Shown: positions 19,885-28,942 of the stretch, piece by piece | How positions within the stretch are numbered: position 1 is the first letter of the stretch | Layout of the letters: each line of letters starts with the position of its first letter | NCBI GenBank assembly: GCA_964366085.1 | Contig: CAYISM010000001.1 | Coordinates: 17,211-81,210 of the forward strand | DNA: 64,000 nucleotides | Source of the DNA: an uncultured Gammaproteobacteria bacterium | GTDB lineage: Bacteria > Patescibacteriota > Microgenomatia > UBA8517 | Direction of reading: 5' to 3' | Notes under the pieces: generated by a model | What the model was told of the DNA's origin: nothing | Databases searched by the model: none | What the model saw: the letters and a program-made list of their open reading frames with translations, nothing else | Translations under genes and position numbers: made by a program

Positions 19885-21597
19885 TTAGGCAAAATTCGAA
19901 AAATCTTTTCTCTTGTTAAACAATAGACACAAAAATAATGCCAAAAAGATAATTGATGTTGCGTTTGCAAAACTTCTTATCGGAGTATTCAAAAATTTAG
20001 CCGATATACTGTGTTCTCCTTTGGAAACTTCTATCCACATCCTCCCCCATTTTTCTTCTGTTGGAACCCTAGTTCCGATAATTTTGCCGTCTATGTAAAC
20101 ATTCCATCCTGGAAACTTAAATATTCCTAAACGAATAGTAGCTTTGTCACTTTCAACATTCACTTTAAATTTAGCCCATTTTGTACCTTGGGATGGGTCT
20201 GTAATTTTTGCCTCTCCGTCAATAATCTCCGCTAAATTCTTTTGGGGTTCTTTGGGAGCGGTATATGCATCTTTTGGAAGATAGTCATAAATTCCTGCCG
20301 TCTGTTGAAGTTCCCAGGCAGCTCCTGAAAACTTTTGTTTGTCGGTTAAGGGCCCCATATGCTCTGGTCTAAAGTAGTTCCAATTTAATATCATAAGTCC
20401 CGCAATCAACAATCCAATAACCAATAATTTGTATAGTTTCTTTTTTAAGAAAAGAACTATACTCCCGACTGCAAAAGAGAAAGTTAAAATAACTATTGTT
20501 AAAAATCTCCAAGGGAATTGAACAAACTTCAAGGGAGGGATAGCCTGCCAAATAAAAGTAGATTTTGAATGGGCCATAAAGGCTGCAAACCAACCGATAA
20601 AAAGCATTAAACCAACCATCATTGACAAACTTTCCAATTTTCTAGTCTTTGTATACTTCCAAATCAAAAGTGCCAAAATTATTAAAGAGACAACCCAATG
20701 AATATGACCGATTTGAAAAGGCATTCCATCGTTGTCTCCCCAAATGGAGGGACCATAACCCCAAAATCTGGATACAAAAAGCTGGTTTAAAGTCGCAAAA
20801 TGGGCAATATATTCATAATATCCAACCACTAAAGTGTTCACTTGAACGTATTTCTGCTCGAAAATTGCCGGAAGAGTAAAGAACGCAGCCAAACCGAGCG
20901 CCAGAGCTCCACTCAAAACTAAGACCGGAAGAGTTTTCCATGTTTTCTCTCTCCACAAAAAGAGTAAGCACCAAAGCCCAAAAACAGGTGTAAAAATCAA
21001 AACCATTAGATTGTGCGACAAGAAAAGACCGGTCCATGAAAGTGCAAGTAAGAGAGACCATTTTTTGAGACTATCATCCTTTTTAATTAACCGATACGAA
21101 GACCACAAAATAAGAGGAAACCAGACCAAGGCCCAAGCTTCGTTCATAGCCCCTCTCACATAGACATCTATCGCGTGATATGGCGCCCACACATAAAAAA
21201 TTGAAGAAAGTACTCCACCAATTCGACCGAAAAATTCTTTCGCAAGAAGATACATAGTTATTCCGGAAAAAATAAAGGATAAGGCAGATACAATCTTTAT
21301 TGTATCTACAAAAGAAAAACTCAAAACCCTAAAAACTTCCCCTATTAGATAGGGAAGCGGAGGATAAAAATTAAAAAGCGGAAACCCGAAGCCATAGCCC
21401 ATATCGGGAATCCAGCGACATGGAATTTGCAGATCCAAAAAACACTTTTCCATCTCAAGCTGTCTCATCATCTGCAGATCGTCGTGCATATTAAAGTACC
21501 CTGGTGTAAAAAGAAATCTCGCAGCCAAAATTGCGAAGACAATCACAACTGAAAGGCCGATAAAGTTAGAATTTTTGAATAATTTTTTGAGGCGCAT
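19885..21597 (-). CDS. Large polytopic membrane protein, possibly PTPS-related (PF10131-like) or GT-C family
   Basis: 570 aa. The N-terminus reads FNMHDDLQMMRQLEMEKCFLDLQIPCRWIPDMGYGFGFPLFNFYPPLPY, followed by many TMs and a C-terminal soluble domain. The family assignment is from memory and is not certain. Confidence 0.4.
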   Translation of the reverse strand: MRLKKLFKNSNFIGLSVVIVFAILAARFLFTPGYFNMHDDLQMMRQLEMEKCFLDLQIPCRWIPDMGYGFGFPLFNFYPPLPYLIGEVFRVLSFSFVDTIKIVSALSFIFSGITMYLLAKEFFGRIGGVLSSIFYVWAPYHAIDVYVRGAMNEAWALVWFPLILWSSYRLIKKDDSLKKWSLLLALSWTGLFLSHNLMVLIFTPVFGLWCLLFLWREKTWKTLPVLVLSGALALGLAAFFTLPAIFEQKYVQVNTLVVGYYEYIAHFATLNQLFVSRFWGYGPSIWGDNDGMPFQIGHIHWVVSLIILALLIWKYTKTRKLESLSMMVGLMLFIGWFAAFMAHSKSTFIWQAIPPLKFVQFPWRFLTIVILTFSFAVGSIVLFLKKKLYKLLVIGLLIAGLMILNWNYFRPEHMGPLTDKQKFSGAAWELQQTAGIYDYLPKDAYTAPKEPQKNLAEIIDGEAKITDPSQGTKWAKFKVNVESDKATIRLGIFKFPGWNVYIDGKIIGTRVPTEEKWGRMWIEVSKGEHSISAKFLNTPIRSFANATSIIFLALFLCLLFNKRKDFSNFA

Positions 21598-21600
21598 TGT

Positions 21601-23163
21601 TTAAAATGATACCAGTTCAAGTAAATTAAATGTATCCCTTGGGCCACATTTAACATACTCCTTATTACCGTCGGGCCGAACGGCCTTAGGATAAGCTGCA
21701 ATTATCTTTAGTCCTCTTTCTTCCGGATTCTTAATATGAAGGCGGCAACTATTTATTGCCAGATAAGTTTTATTTCCGGCTTTCTTTGAATCAATCAAGC
21801 TTTGAGGAATTTCAGAAAGATCTATTCCAACCCCCATTACCGTTACTTTTTCAGTGAGCAAATCATTAAGATACATCTGAAGCCCATCTGGCAAGGTTCC
21901 AAAATACCCCTCCGTTCCTACTACTATTTTTTCTTTATTTACTGCTGCCTCTTTTCTTATTAAATCTGCTACTTCTTTTATTCCAGTCCCTGCCGTCCAT
22001 TCCTCAAGATATCCCGACCTTTCGCTTCTCGGAAGATTCGCTTTCTGGGGATTTGTTAAAAGATAATAATCAAAAAAAAGGGCCTGAAGAACAAAAACTA
22101 TCATAAACCCCACGACAAGCTTTTTTATCAATTTCTTGTTTTGGGTAAAGGCCGAAGCGGAAAGAATAAAAAGATAAGGAAGAGAAAAAAGGATATAACG
22201 TGCTGTAATGACTTTGGCAAATTCTGACTGAACAAGTATTGGAAAAAGAAACCAGGCAGAAAGTAAGAGAATTTGTCTATAATTTTTACGAATATTGAGA
22301 ATTATTCCCAAGAACGCGAGAGCCAAAACAAAATTCGGTCCCATCATCCGAATCCATTCAAACGATCTGTCTATATAAAAAACAAATGGATCTCTAGGAT
22401 TAGTCAATAAATGACTCAGTGGAAAGATGTAGTCCTGGTTTCTTGTCCCAACTAAATGAAAATTTGGACCTAATCTTAGGATGTTATACATTGCGTAACC
22501 AATAAAATAAGTCACAGCTAGTAAAAATAGTAGTTTAATCAAATGAACTAATTTCTCATTTATTTCCTGTGGCCATTTTGAAAGAAGCCAAGTAGTCGGA
22601 AGAAGAATTGTAAAGAATATTCCCGGAGACTTTGTCAAGAGTGCCCCTCCTAAGGAAAATCCTGTCAACATCGCAAAATCAAGTCTTTCTGTCTTGGCGG
22701 TAAGAAGTCCAAAATAAAGTGTCCAAACTCCAAACAGACTAAGGAGAGAATCTACAAGCGCCATTCTGTCAAAAAACAAACTAAAGGGAGAAATAGCATA
22801 GATAAAAGAGGCTGCAAGCGAAACCTTTTTTGATCTAAAAAGAAAATAAGAAATTAGAAATATTCCGAGCATAGTTCCTAGCCCAGCTGTGATCGAAGTA
22901 AAACGTCCGGCAAAAAGAGGATTGGAAAATAACTTCAAAAAAGGAATGACTAGCCACATAAAAAGAGGCTGTTTTCCGTCAGAAAGCGGCAAGAACCGAA
23001 GGGTAGATTCTGCTCTCATGACTTGTGCCCAACGAATATAGATTGCCTCATCGGCAAAAATAGGAAGAAGAGTAAGATTAAAAAGTCTAAGTCCAAGTGC
23101 AAGTACGAAAATGGCCGCTCCGGCCAATATTACCCATCTCCATTCTTTCCAAAAGTTCTTCAT
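21601..23163 (-). CDS. ArnT-like GT-C membrane glycosyltransferase
   Basis: First-loop motif IFADEAIYIRWAQVMRAE resembles the ArnT DEARYAE signature. Polytopic, with a C-terminal periplasmic-type domain. Confidence 0.65.
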   Translation of the reverse strand: MKNFWKEWRWVILAGAAIFVLALGLRLFNLTLLPIFADEAIYIRWAQVMRAESTLRFLPLSDGKQPLFMWLVIPFLKLFSNPLFAGRFTSITAGLGTMLGIFLISYFLFRSKKVSLAASFIYAISPFSLFFDRMALVDSLLSLFGVWTLYFGLLTAKTERLDFAMLTGFSLGGALLTKSPGIFFTILLPTTWLLSKWPQEINEKLVHLIKLLFLLAVTYFIGYAMYNILRLGPNFHLVGTRNQDYIFPLSHLLTNPRDPFVFYIDRSFEWIRMMGPNFVLALAFLGIILNIRKNYRQILLLSAWFLFPILVQSEFAKVITARYILFSLPYLFILSASAFTQNKKLIKKLVVGFMIVFVLQALFFDYYLLTNPQKANLPRSERSGYLEEWTAGTGIKEVADLIRKEAAVNKEKIVVGTEGYFGTLPDGLQMYLNDLLTEKVTVMGVGIDLSEIPQSLIDSKKAGNKTYLAINSCRLHIKNPEERGLKIIAAYPKAVRPDGNKEYVKCGPRDTFNLLELVSF

Positions 23164-23173
23164 TCCTTATTCA

Positions 23174-23185
23174 AATTCTAGCACA
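23174..23185 (-). promoter_or_regulatory. Extended -10-like motif TGTGCTAGAATT, 11 nt upstream of the ATG of the ArnT-like gene; probable leaderless or short-leader promoter
   Basis: Minus-strand reading gives TTTGTGCTAGAATTTGAATAAGGAATG. An identical 12-mer lies upstream of the next gene. Confidence 0.4.
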
Positions 23186-23198
23186 AATATGAGTGGAG

Positions 23199-23684
23199 TT
23201 ACCTGACTGGAGAGTTTATATGATAGTGAACAAAAACTAAATGGTCGCGAAATCTAATTTCTTCTTCGGCAACATCCACGGGAATTTTTCGAACGGACTT
23301 CAAAATCTTATATCTATATATCCAATCACCTTCCTTTAATTCCGCATCCTCATCCAACCTTGTCTTATCTCCCAACTGATTAACAAAAAAGACCAGCTTT
23401 CCAACTACATCTTTACCAGTTAGTCCCAATTCTTTCAGACCTTCTTCATCCAACGAACCTCCTGCATATACCCTAATCGCTTTTTCTCCATTCACCGCTT
23501 CTACTAACTCTTGCCCGCCTCCGTTTTGGTGAGCAGCCCATTCGTCATGATATCTTCCTTCAGGACCTTCGTAATCGCTTGTCTCCAAGTTGAAATCGGC
23601 CCGGACAGTTTTTCTGCGGATACTATTACCAGCATAGCCCTCACTAAGACCCTTTGCCAAAATCGCCTTGATTTCTTTTTCCAT
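23199..23684 (-). CDS. Hypothetical soluble protein
   Basis: 161 aa ORF. It has its own upstream TGTGCTAGAATT promoter-like motif. No family recognised. Confidence 0.5.
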   Translation of the reverse strand: MEKEIKAILAKGLSEGYAGNSIRRKTVRADFNLETSDYEGPEGRYHDEWAAHQNGGGQELVEAVNGEKAIRVYAGGSLDEEGLKELGLTGKDVVGKLVFFVNQLGDKTRLDEDAELKEGDWIYRYKILKSVRKIPVDVAEEEIRFRDHLVFVHYHINSPVR

Positions 23685-23689
23685 CCCCC

Positions 23690-23701
23690 AATTCTAGCAC
23701 A
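23690..23701 (-). promoter_or_regulatory. Extended -10-like motif TGTGCTAGAATT, 5 nt upstream of the ATG of the hypothetical gene 23199-23684
   Basis: Minus-strand reading gives TTGTGTGCTAGAATTGGGGGATG. Confidence 0.4.
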
Positions 23702-23738
23702 CAATGTCCTGAGTGAAATCGAATGGCAAGGTCAAATT

Positions 23739-24491
23739 TTAGAGTTTGTAGTAACCCGTTAGAGATTTTAGTCTAACCGCAATTATTCCTTTGAATCCAA
23801 TCCAGGATTCGGTGATAGGATTCTTCTTCGTTCCCTCACGATAATGCCATGTAACAGGAACTTCTGCTACTTTAAAACCCATTTTTCTAGCTAAATATAA
23901 GACTTCAACATCAAATCCGGCATTTAATGAAGATCCTTGCACATTTTTTCTTTCGAGTAAGTTTTTCATCTTACTAAATATCGTAATTGCAGCGCCTCTT
24001 TCGAAGGCCTTAAACCCTGCCTGTGTATCCTTGTAGGGAATTCTTAAGACTATCGTCCTTAATAAAGAAAAACCGTATGCCATAGCCTTTCTTATAAGAG
24101 GCGCTCCCTCTCTCCCTGATCTTGATCCAATCACAATTTCATATCCCTGGTCAAACTTTTGTAAAAAATTTTCAATTTGATCTATGGGCGTTGATTGATC
24201 CATATCCGTAAATAAAACAATATCCCCGGAAGATTTTAGTACTCCTGCAATTACTGTTCCCCCTTTTCCTCTATGTGGTTCTTCCAAAACCTTAAAGCCC
24301 TCGTGTTTTTTAGAAAATTCCTTTACCAACTTTACAGTACTATCGCTTGACCCATCATCAACTATCAAAACTTCCCAAGAATATTTTTGGTTTTTGAGAT
24401 AATCATAAACGGTTTTTAAAACATCTTTCTTCAAATTATGCGCTTCGTTGTATGATGGAATTACAACCGATAAAAATATACTTTTTTTCAT
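23739..24491 (-). CDS. Polyprenyl-phosphate sugar synthase (Dpm1/GtrB/ArnC-like GT2)
   Basis: LSVVIPSYNEAHNL...LIVDDGSSDST...FTDMDQSTPI...KDTQAGFKAF, the classic Dpm1-like GT2 signature. Confidence 0.85.
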   Translation of the reverse strand: MKKSIFLSVVIPSYNEAHNLKKDVLKTVYDYLKNQKYSWEVLIVDDGSSDSTVKLVKEFSKKHEGFKVLEEPHRGKGGTVIAGVLKSSGDIVLFTDMDQSTPIDQIENFLQKFDQGYEIVIGSRSGREGAPLIRKAMAYGFSLLRTIVLRIPYKDTQAGFKAFERGAAITIFSKMKNLLERKNVQGSSLNAGFDVEVLYLARKMGFKVAEVPVTWHYREGTKKNPITESWIGFKGIIAVRLKSLTGYYKL

Positions 24492-26038
24492 TTCCTTATT
24501 CTTCTTTCAATCGTTATTCCTCCAAACCTAGCGGTTTTCTCAATCTTTGCAATACCTCTCTGTCTATCGAGCCAGGCTTCAAGTCTCTCTGGATGCGGAG
24601 GATCAACTTCGAATAACGTATAAAGCAAAGGAACTTTATCTTCAACCAACTTCCCGCTCGCCCCGCGAAGATTCTCTGTAGTTGAGTACCAAGCAAACAA
24701 ATAGTCATAAGCGTAAGGAATAACCGGAGGAACATAAACATCAACATTGAAATCTTTTCCGTTACTATCCTGATAAATCCAGTCGATTGTTTGTTTTTGG
24801 TTTATATAGCAAATAGATAATTCTCCCGAACATTTATTTGAAAGTTTATAGTTAAGTACATCTGAATTGCTGACGAAAAATAAATACATAAAATAAACAA
24901 CAAAGATCTTGCCAAAACGAGATCGCCATAAATACCCCAAAGGAAGCGCAACAAGGAGAATGAAAATAAGGTAATATCCAGTGAGATAATAATCATAAAT
25001 ATTCCCAAAATTACCCTGGAAAAAAATTAATCCTAAAATCGGGGCAATAAAAAGCAAAAGCAAAACTTTGATCTTTTCGTTTCGAAGCATTTTAGAAAGA
25101 TAAAAGACAAAAAAGAATGCCAATAGGCTCAAAACTATTTTTTCCCGGTCGTATCTGCCGTGGAAAATTTTATTTGTAAAAACCTCGTAATAAAATCCAA
25201 TTTTCTCGTTTATAAATTTCCATGTCGGAAAAGCAAAGCTCTTTTCTCCAACTAAAAACTTTGAAATATTGTTCCGCAAAATTCCTTCGTGTTTTAGGTC
25301 AAAAATCAAAAGAGGTAGAAAAGTCAAGAAAAAAATAAATGCTGAAATCAGAATAACCTTATTATTAAGACTGCTGCGACCTCCGTAGCCTTGGCGAAGG
25401 ATGGTCCAAACGATAAAAACTAAAAGTGCCGGAAAATAAAATACTTCTCCGGAGGAGCCGAAATGAAAAAGAGATGCACCCGTGACAAAAGCAATTACCG
25501 GCCAAGCCCACTTTTTACCCTCAGTTACTTTGATCATAGCCCACACCAAAATCATGCTCAAAAGAAGCATCGGGGTAGGATTTGAAAGCCAGCGGGAAGT
25601 CATTACTAAGTTAAAAGAAAAAGAAGCAATTATAGCTCCTATTATTCCGGTTGTTCTATCAACAATTTTCGTTCCCAAAAGATAAACAAAAAAAATTGCC
25701 GCTACCGTGGTAAAAGATAAAAATACTGACGGCCAAACCGGGTTTCCCCCTCCCAATAAATAAAATGGGGCAATTAGATAGTAATAAAAAGGCCCCCGAA
25801 AAATTCCGGCAATTCCGGTAGTTGGACCTATTAAAAAAAACTTAGCCTTATGCCAAAAATCCCAGATAACCAAAGCATCTCTTCCCTGATCATAATAAAA
25901 CCCCAAAAGATCATTTAATCGATAAACCCTCAAAAAAAATGCAGCAACCAAAATAAAACTCAGTAGCAAATATACGGCTCTATTGCCAGAGATTTCTGAT
26001 GCTAACTCTTCCCACCAAGTTTTAATCCTATTTACCAT
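24488..26038 (-). CDS. GT-C-type polytopic membrane glycosyltransferase (paralog set with 7565-9118 and 26585-28198)
   Basis: FFLRVYRLNDLLGFYYDQGRDALVIWDF...GPFYYYLIAPFYLLG; 516 aa and many TMs. Confidence 0.55.
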   Translation of the reverse strand: MVNRIKTWWEELASEISGNRAVYLLLSFILVAAFFLRVYRLNDLLGFYYDQGRDALVIWDFWHKAKFFLIGPTTGIAGIFRGPFYYYLIAPFYLLGGGNPVWPSVFLSFTTVAAIFFVYLLGTKIVDRTTGIIGAIIASFSFNLVMTSRWLSNPTPMLLLSMILVWAMIKVTEGKKWAWPVIAFVTGASLFHFGSSGEVFYFPALLVFIVWTILRQGYGGRSSLNNKVILISAFIFFLTFLPLLIFDLKHEGILRNNISKFLVGEKSFAFPTWKFINEKIGFYYEVFTNKIFHGRYDREKIVLSLLAFFFVFYLSKMLRNEKIKVLLLLFIAPILGLIFFQGNFGNIYDYYLTGYYLIFILLVALPLGYLWRSRFGKIFVVYFMYLFFVSNSDVLNYKLSNKCSGELSICYINQKQTIDWIYQDSNGKDFNVDVYVPPVIPYAYDYLFAWYSTTENLRGASGKLVEDKVPLLYTLFEVDPPHPERLEAWLDRQRGIAKIEKTARFGGITIERRIRK

Positions 26039-26588
26039 TTCTTTTCATTAACTTCTTAAAAATCTCATAAGTCATCTGAATATCTTCTTCCGCCCCATGA
26101 ATTTCAGCAAGTTTAATTCCAAAGTAAGAAGCTACCGGCCTTAGTCCCAACTTTTTCACTTCTCCTTTGCCATAAAGCTTCGAATAAGCAATCGATTGGA
26201 CGTCTAATTTGTGATAGTCGAAACCATGAGAAATTCTAAAATTAGCAAACGCTCTTTCTAAAAAACTCCAATCAAAAGATATGTTCCACCCGCTAATTAT
26301 TCCACCAGGTGCAATTTTTGCCAACCTTTCTATAGCTTCCTTTAGCTCTTTTGCTTCTCCCCATCTTTCAGGCGAATATCCATTTATCTTTAATGCTTCA
26401 GGATCTGCTGTTTCAATATGGATTGGCTTGACTTTGGCATTATATTCTTCGATTTTTTTAAATGTTTCCCCATTTGCGACCAAACATCCTACCTCCAGAA
26501 TTTCGTGCCTTAAAGGATTGACCCCTGTGGTTTCAAGGTCTATAAAAACAAGGGGTCTTTGCCTAAAGTCGATAACTTCTTTATTCAT
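26028..26588 (-). CDS. DEDD-family 3'-5' exonuclease (DnaQ/epsilon-like)
   Basis: Exo I motif FIDLETTG, Exo II-like GWNISFDWSFL and Exo III HGAEEDIQMTYEIF. It overlaps both flanking GT-C genes. Confidence 0.8.
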   Translation of the reverse strand: MNKEVIDFRQRPLVFIDLETTGVNPLRHEILEVGCLVANGETFKKIEEYNAKVKPIHIETADPEALKINGYSPERWGEAKELKEAIERLAKIAPGGIISGWNISFDWSFLERAFANFRISHGFDYHKLDVQSIAYSKLYGKGEVKKLGLRPVASYFGIKLAEIHGAEEDIQMTYEIFKKLMKRNGK

Positions 26589-28198
26589 TTTGTGCGTCCG
26601 AGCTTAAAAAGAGTCCCGCCCCAGACGGGCCATTCGTCAACAATTTTAGTCCAACCAAAACTTGTAATCCAAGCGGAGGGATCATGAACAGGGTCACATT
26701 TTTCTCTGGATATTTCACAGACAACAAAGAGCTGGTCGGTCAGTGTATAAGTTGTGGCACTGGGATCAGTATCCACAATTTTGGCTCCCCATAATTGTAA
26801 AAAATATTGATATACGTCCCTATTATTTCTTTCTGAAATAGTTGCCAGATTAAATCTTTCCCCATTTGCTTTTTCCTGTATAACTTTCGCAACCGAGATA
26901 GATCTTTGCATTTGCATATTGGGAGAATGTTTAATTGGAACGTTTTGTAAATTGACGGCGAGTAGTAAGAGACAAAAAATAAGTAAGGCTAAACTTATTA
27001 TTCTACGCTTACTTTTTATTACATCAGCTGTAATTCCTCCGACGAGCAAAAATGGTGCGGCGAAGAAAAACCCGAAGTAATGGTCATAAATTTCTTGTTT
27101 ATAAAGTCCCAAGCCAAGAAGTGCAAAGCCGAACCATGTAGCAAGTAGAATGTAGCTAGTAGCATGGTAGACTAACTCTTTCTTCTTGGTTAACACTAAC
27201 CATATCAAGAGTGCGACAATCGCAACTGACAACCACTTTCCTACCAACTCGTTTCTACCGGTAACAAGACGGGTATTGACTTTGATAAACTCGGGCCACA
27301 TCTTGGGAATTGCATTCCAAGGTTTTGCCGAAACTGTTTCCTGGCGAACGCTGAAAAATTGTTTCATGGCAGCAAAATTGCGCCAACCATGTCGGGCATC
27401 AAAAATTAGCAGTGGAGACATGAGACCTGCGAACAGCACAAGGCTAACTATGCTGTATCGCAGAAATTTTCCAATTTCCCTGCCTCGCCGGCAGGCAGGC
27501 AATTTCCAATTTCCGATCAATTCAGAATTTCTAATTCTCAAATATGTCGCTAGCCAAAACATCGCTAAAGTTGGTGCAAGAAGGAGACCTAAATAATGAG
27601 ATTGGAGAACAAAGGCATAAGAAATTCCCAAAATTATTAACCACCATCCCACTCCGCGCGAGGCTCCGCGGGATTCATATACTTTCCATATTGAGTATAT
27701 AGAAAGTAATGAAAAAAACGGCATAATATTCGGATTCCAAGAAGAACGGGAATAGATGATAACTGTTGGAGCCACAGCAAATAAACCCGAGGCTAAAAGG
27801 CCGGCGATTTTTCCAAACCATTCTCTACCTATCCACCAAACCCAAAAAATCGTTATTACTCCAAGAAGTGCAACCTGAATGGCAGGTCCCACAGGTGAAA
27901 AACCTGCCAAAAAAAGTGCCGGCGCCATCATGTAATAATAAAGGGGCCCTAAATACATATTTCCAATGGAAGTTCCTGGGCCGATTAAAATCGGATCTCC
28001 GTAAACTAAAAGGCGCCTGACGATAATCACGTCCCGCCCCTCATCTCCCAAGAAAGTCATATACTGATCAATTTTATAAAGTCTTAAAAAAGCACCTACG
28101 ATAATAATAAAAAGAAGAAGAAGAAATTCAGTCTTATTCCCTTTCATCCAAGAGTAGATTTTCCCCAAAATTGAGAATTTCACCTTAGTTTTTTCCAT
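26585..28198 (-). CDS. GT-C-type polytopic membrane glycosyltransferase (paralog set)
   Basis: FLRLYKIDQYMTFLGDEGRDVIIVRRL...GPLYYYMMAPALFLAG; 537 aa. Confidence 0.55.
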   Translation of the reverse strand: MEKTKVKFSILGKIYSWMKGNKTEFLLLLFIIIVGAFLRLYKIDQYMTFLGDEGRDVIIVRRLLVYGDPILIGPGTSIGNMYLGPLYYYMMAPALFLAGFSPVGPAIQVALLGVITIFWVWWIGREWFGKIAGLLASGLFAVAPTVIIYSRSSWNPNIMPFFSLLSIYSIWKVYESRGASRGVGWWLIILGISYAFVLQSHYLGLLLAPTLAMFWLATYLRIRNSELIGNWKLPACRRGREIGKFLRYSIVSLVLFAGLMSPLLIFDARHGWRNFAAMKQFFSVRQETVSAKPWNAIPKMWPEFIKVNTRLVTGRNELVGKWLSVAIVALLIWLVLTKKKELVYHATSYILLATWFGFALLGLGLYKQEIYDHYFGFFFAAPFLLVGGITADVIKSKRRIISLALLIFCLLLLAVNLQNVPIKHSPNMQMQRSISVAKVIQEKANGERFNLATISERNNRDVYQYFLQLWGAKIVDTDPSATTYTLTDQLFVVCEISREKCDPVHDPSAWITSFGWTKIVDEWPVWGGTLFKLGRTK

Positions 28199-28890
28199 AA
28201 TCTAAGAAGATCGATAAAACTTTTGATTATTACATCAAGATTCGCTCCCGTTCCTTTTCCTTTTATTCTTGGATAATGATGAACACTCAATTGGACAATT
28301 CTAAAATTTTTCTTATTTGCCTTTATTAGAAATTCGCTACTTATAAAAGCCCCTCTTTCAGATTCGAGCTTGGGAATAGAATCTATAACTTTTTTAGATA
28401 TTAATTTGAAACCGCAATCTATATCTTTTACTTTCAAACCAAAGAGGCTAAAAATAATTAACTCCCAAACAAAAGTATTAAACTTTCTATAAAATGCTAC
28501 TTTTCTGTCTAAATAATATCCAACCACTAAATCGGCGTCAGTTTCGTGCTGTTTTTGGACAAAATTAACAATTTCTGAAAAATCAAATTGTCCATCAGCG
28601 TCAGTAAAGGCAATCCAATTATATTTAGAGTTGTAAAATCCGCTTTTAAGAGAAGCCCCATAGCCTTTATTTGGGACGTGTGTAATTAGTCTAATCCTTC
28701 TATCTTGAAGACTTAACTCATTTGAAATTTCTCCAGTTTTATCTGTCGACCCATCGTTTATTATTAAAATTTCCCATTTTTCCGCTATTTCTTCCAAAAT
28801 TTTTTTTGCATTAAGAACCGTGTTCTTTATGTTTTTCTCCTCGTTATATGCCGGGAAAAAAACTGAAAGTTCGTCTATAAATTTGGCCAT
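28180..28890 (-). CDS. Polyprenyl-phosphate sugar synthase (Dpm1-like GT2)
   Basis: LSVFFPAYNEEKNI...ILIINDGSTDKT...FTDADGQFD...DCGFKL. Confidence 0.85.
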   Translation of the reverse strand: MAKFIDELSVFFPAYNEEKNIKNTVLNAKKILEEIAEKWEILIINDGSTDKTGEISNELSLQDRRIRLITHVPNKGYGASLKSGFYNSKYNWIAFTDADGQFDFSEIVNFVQKQHETDADLVVGYYLDRKVAFYRKFNTFVWELIIFSLFGLKVKDIDCGFKLISKKVIDSIPKLESERGAFISSEFLIKANKKNFRIVQLSVHHYPRIKGKGTGANLDVIIKSFIDLLRLWKKLR

Positions 28891-28942
28891 GTTTATACAA
28901 GAAGTCTAGCATAAACTGCCGTGACCGTGCTAATATTTAAGC

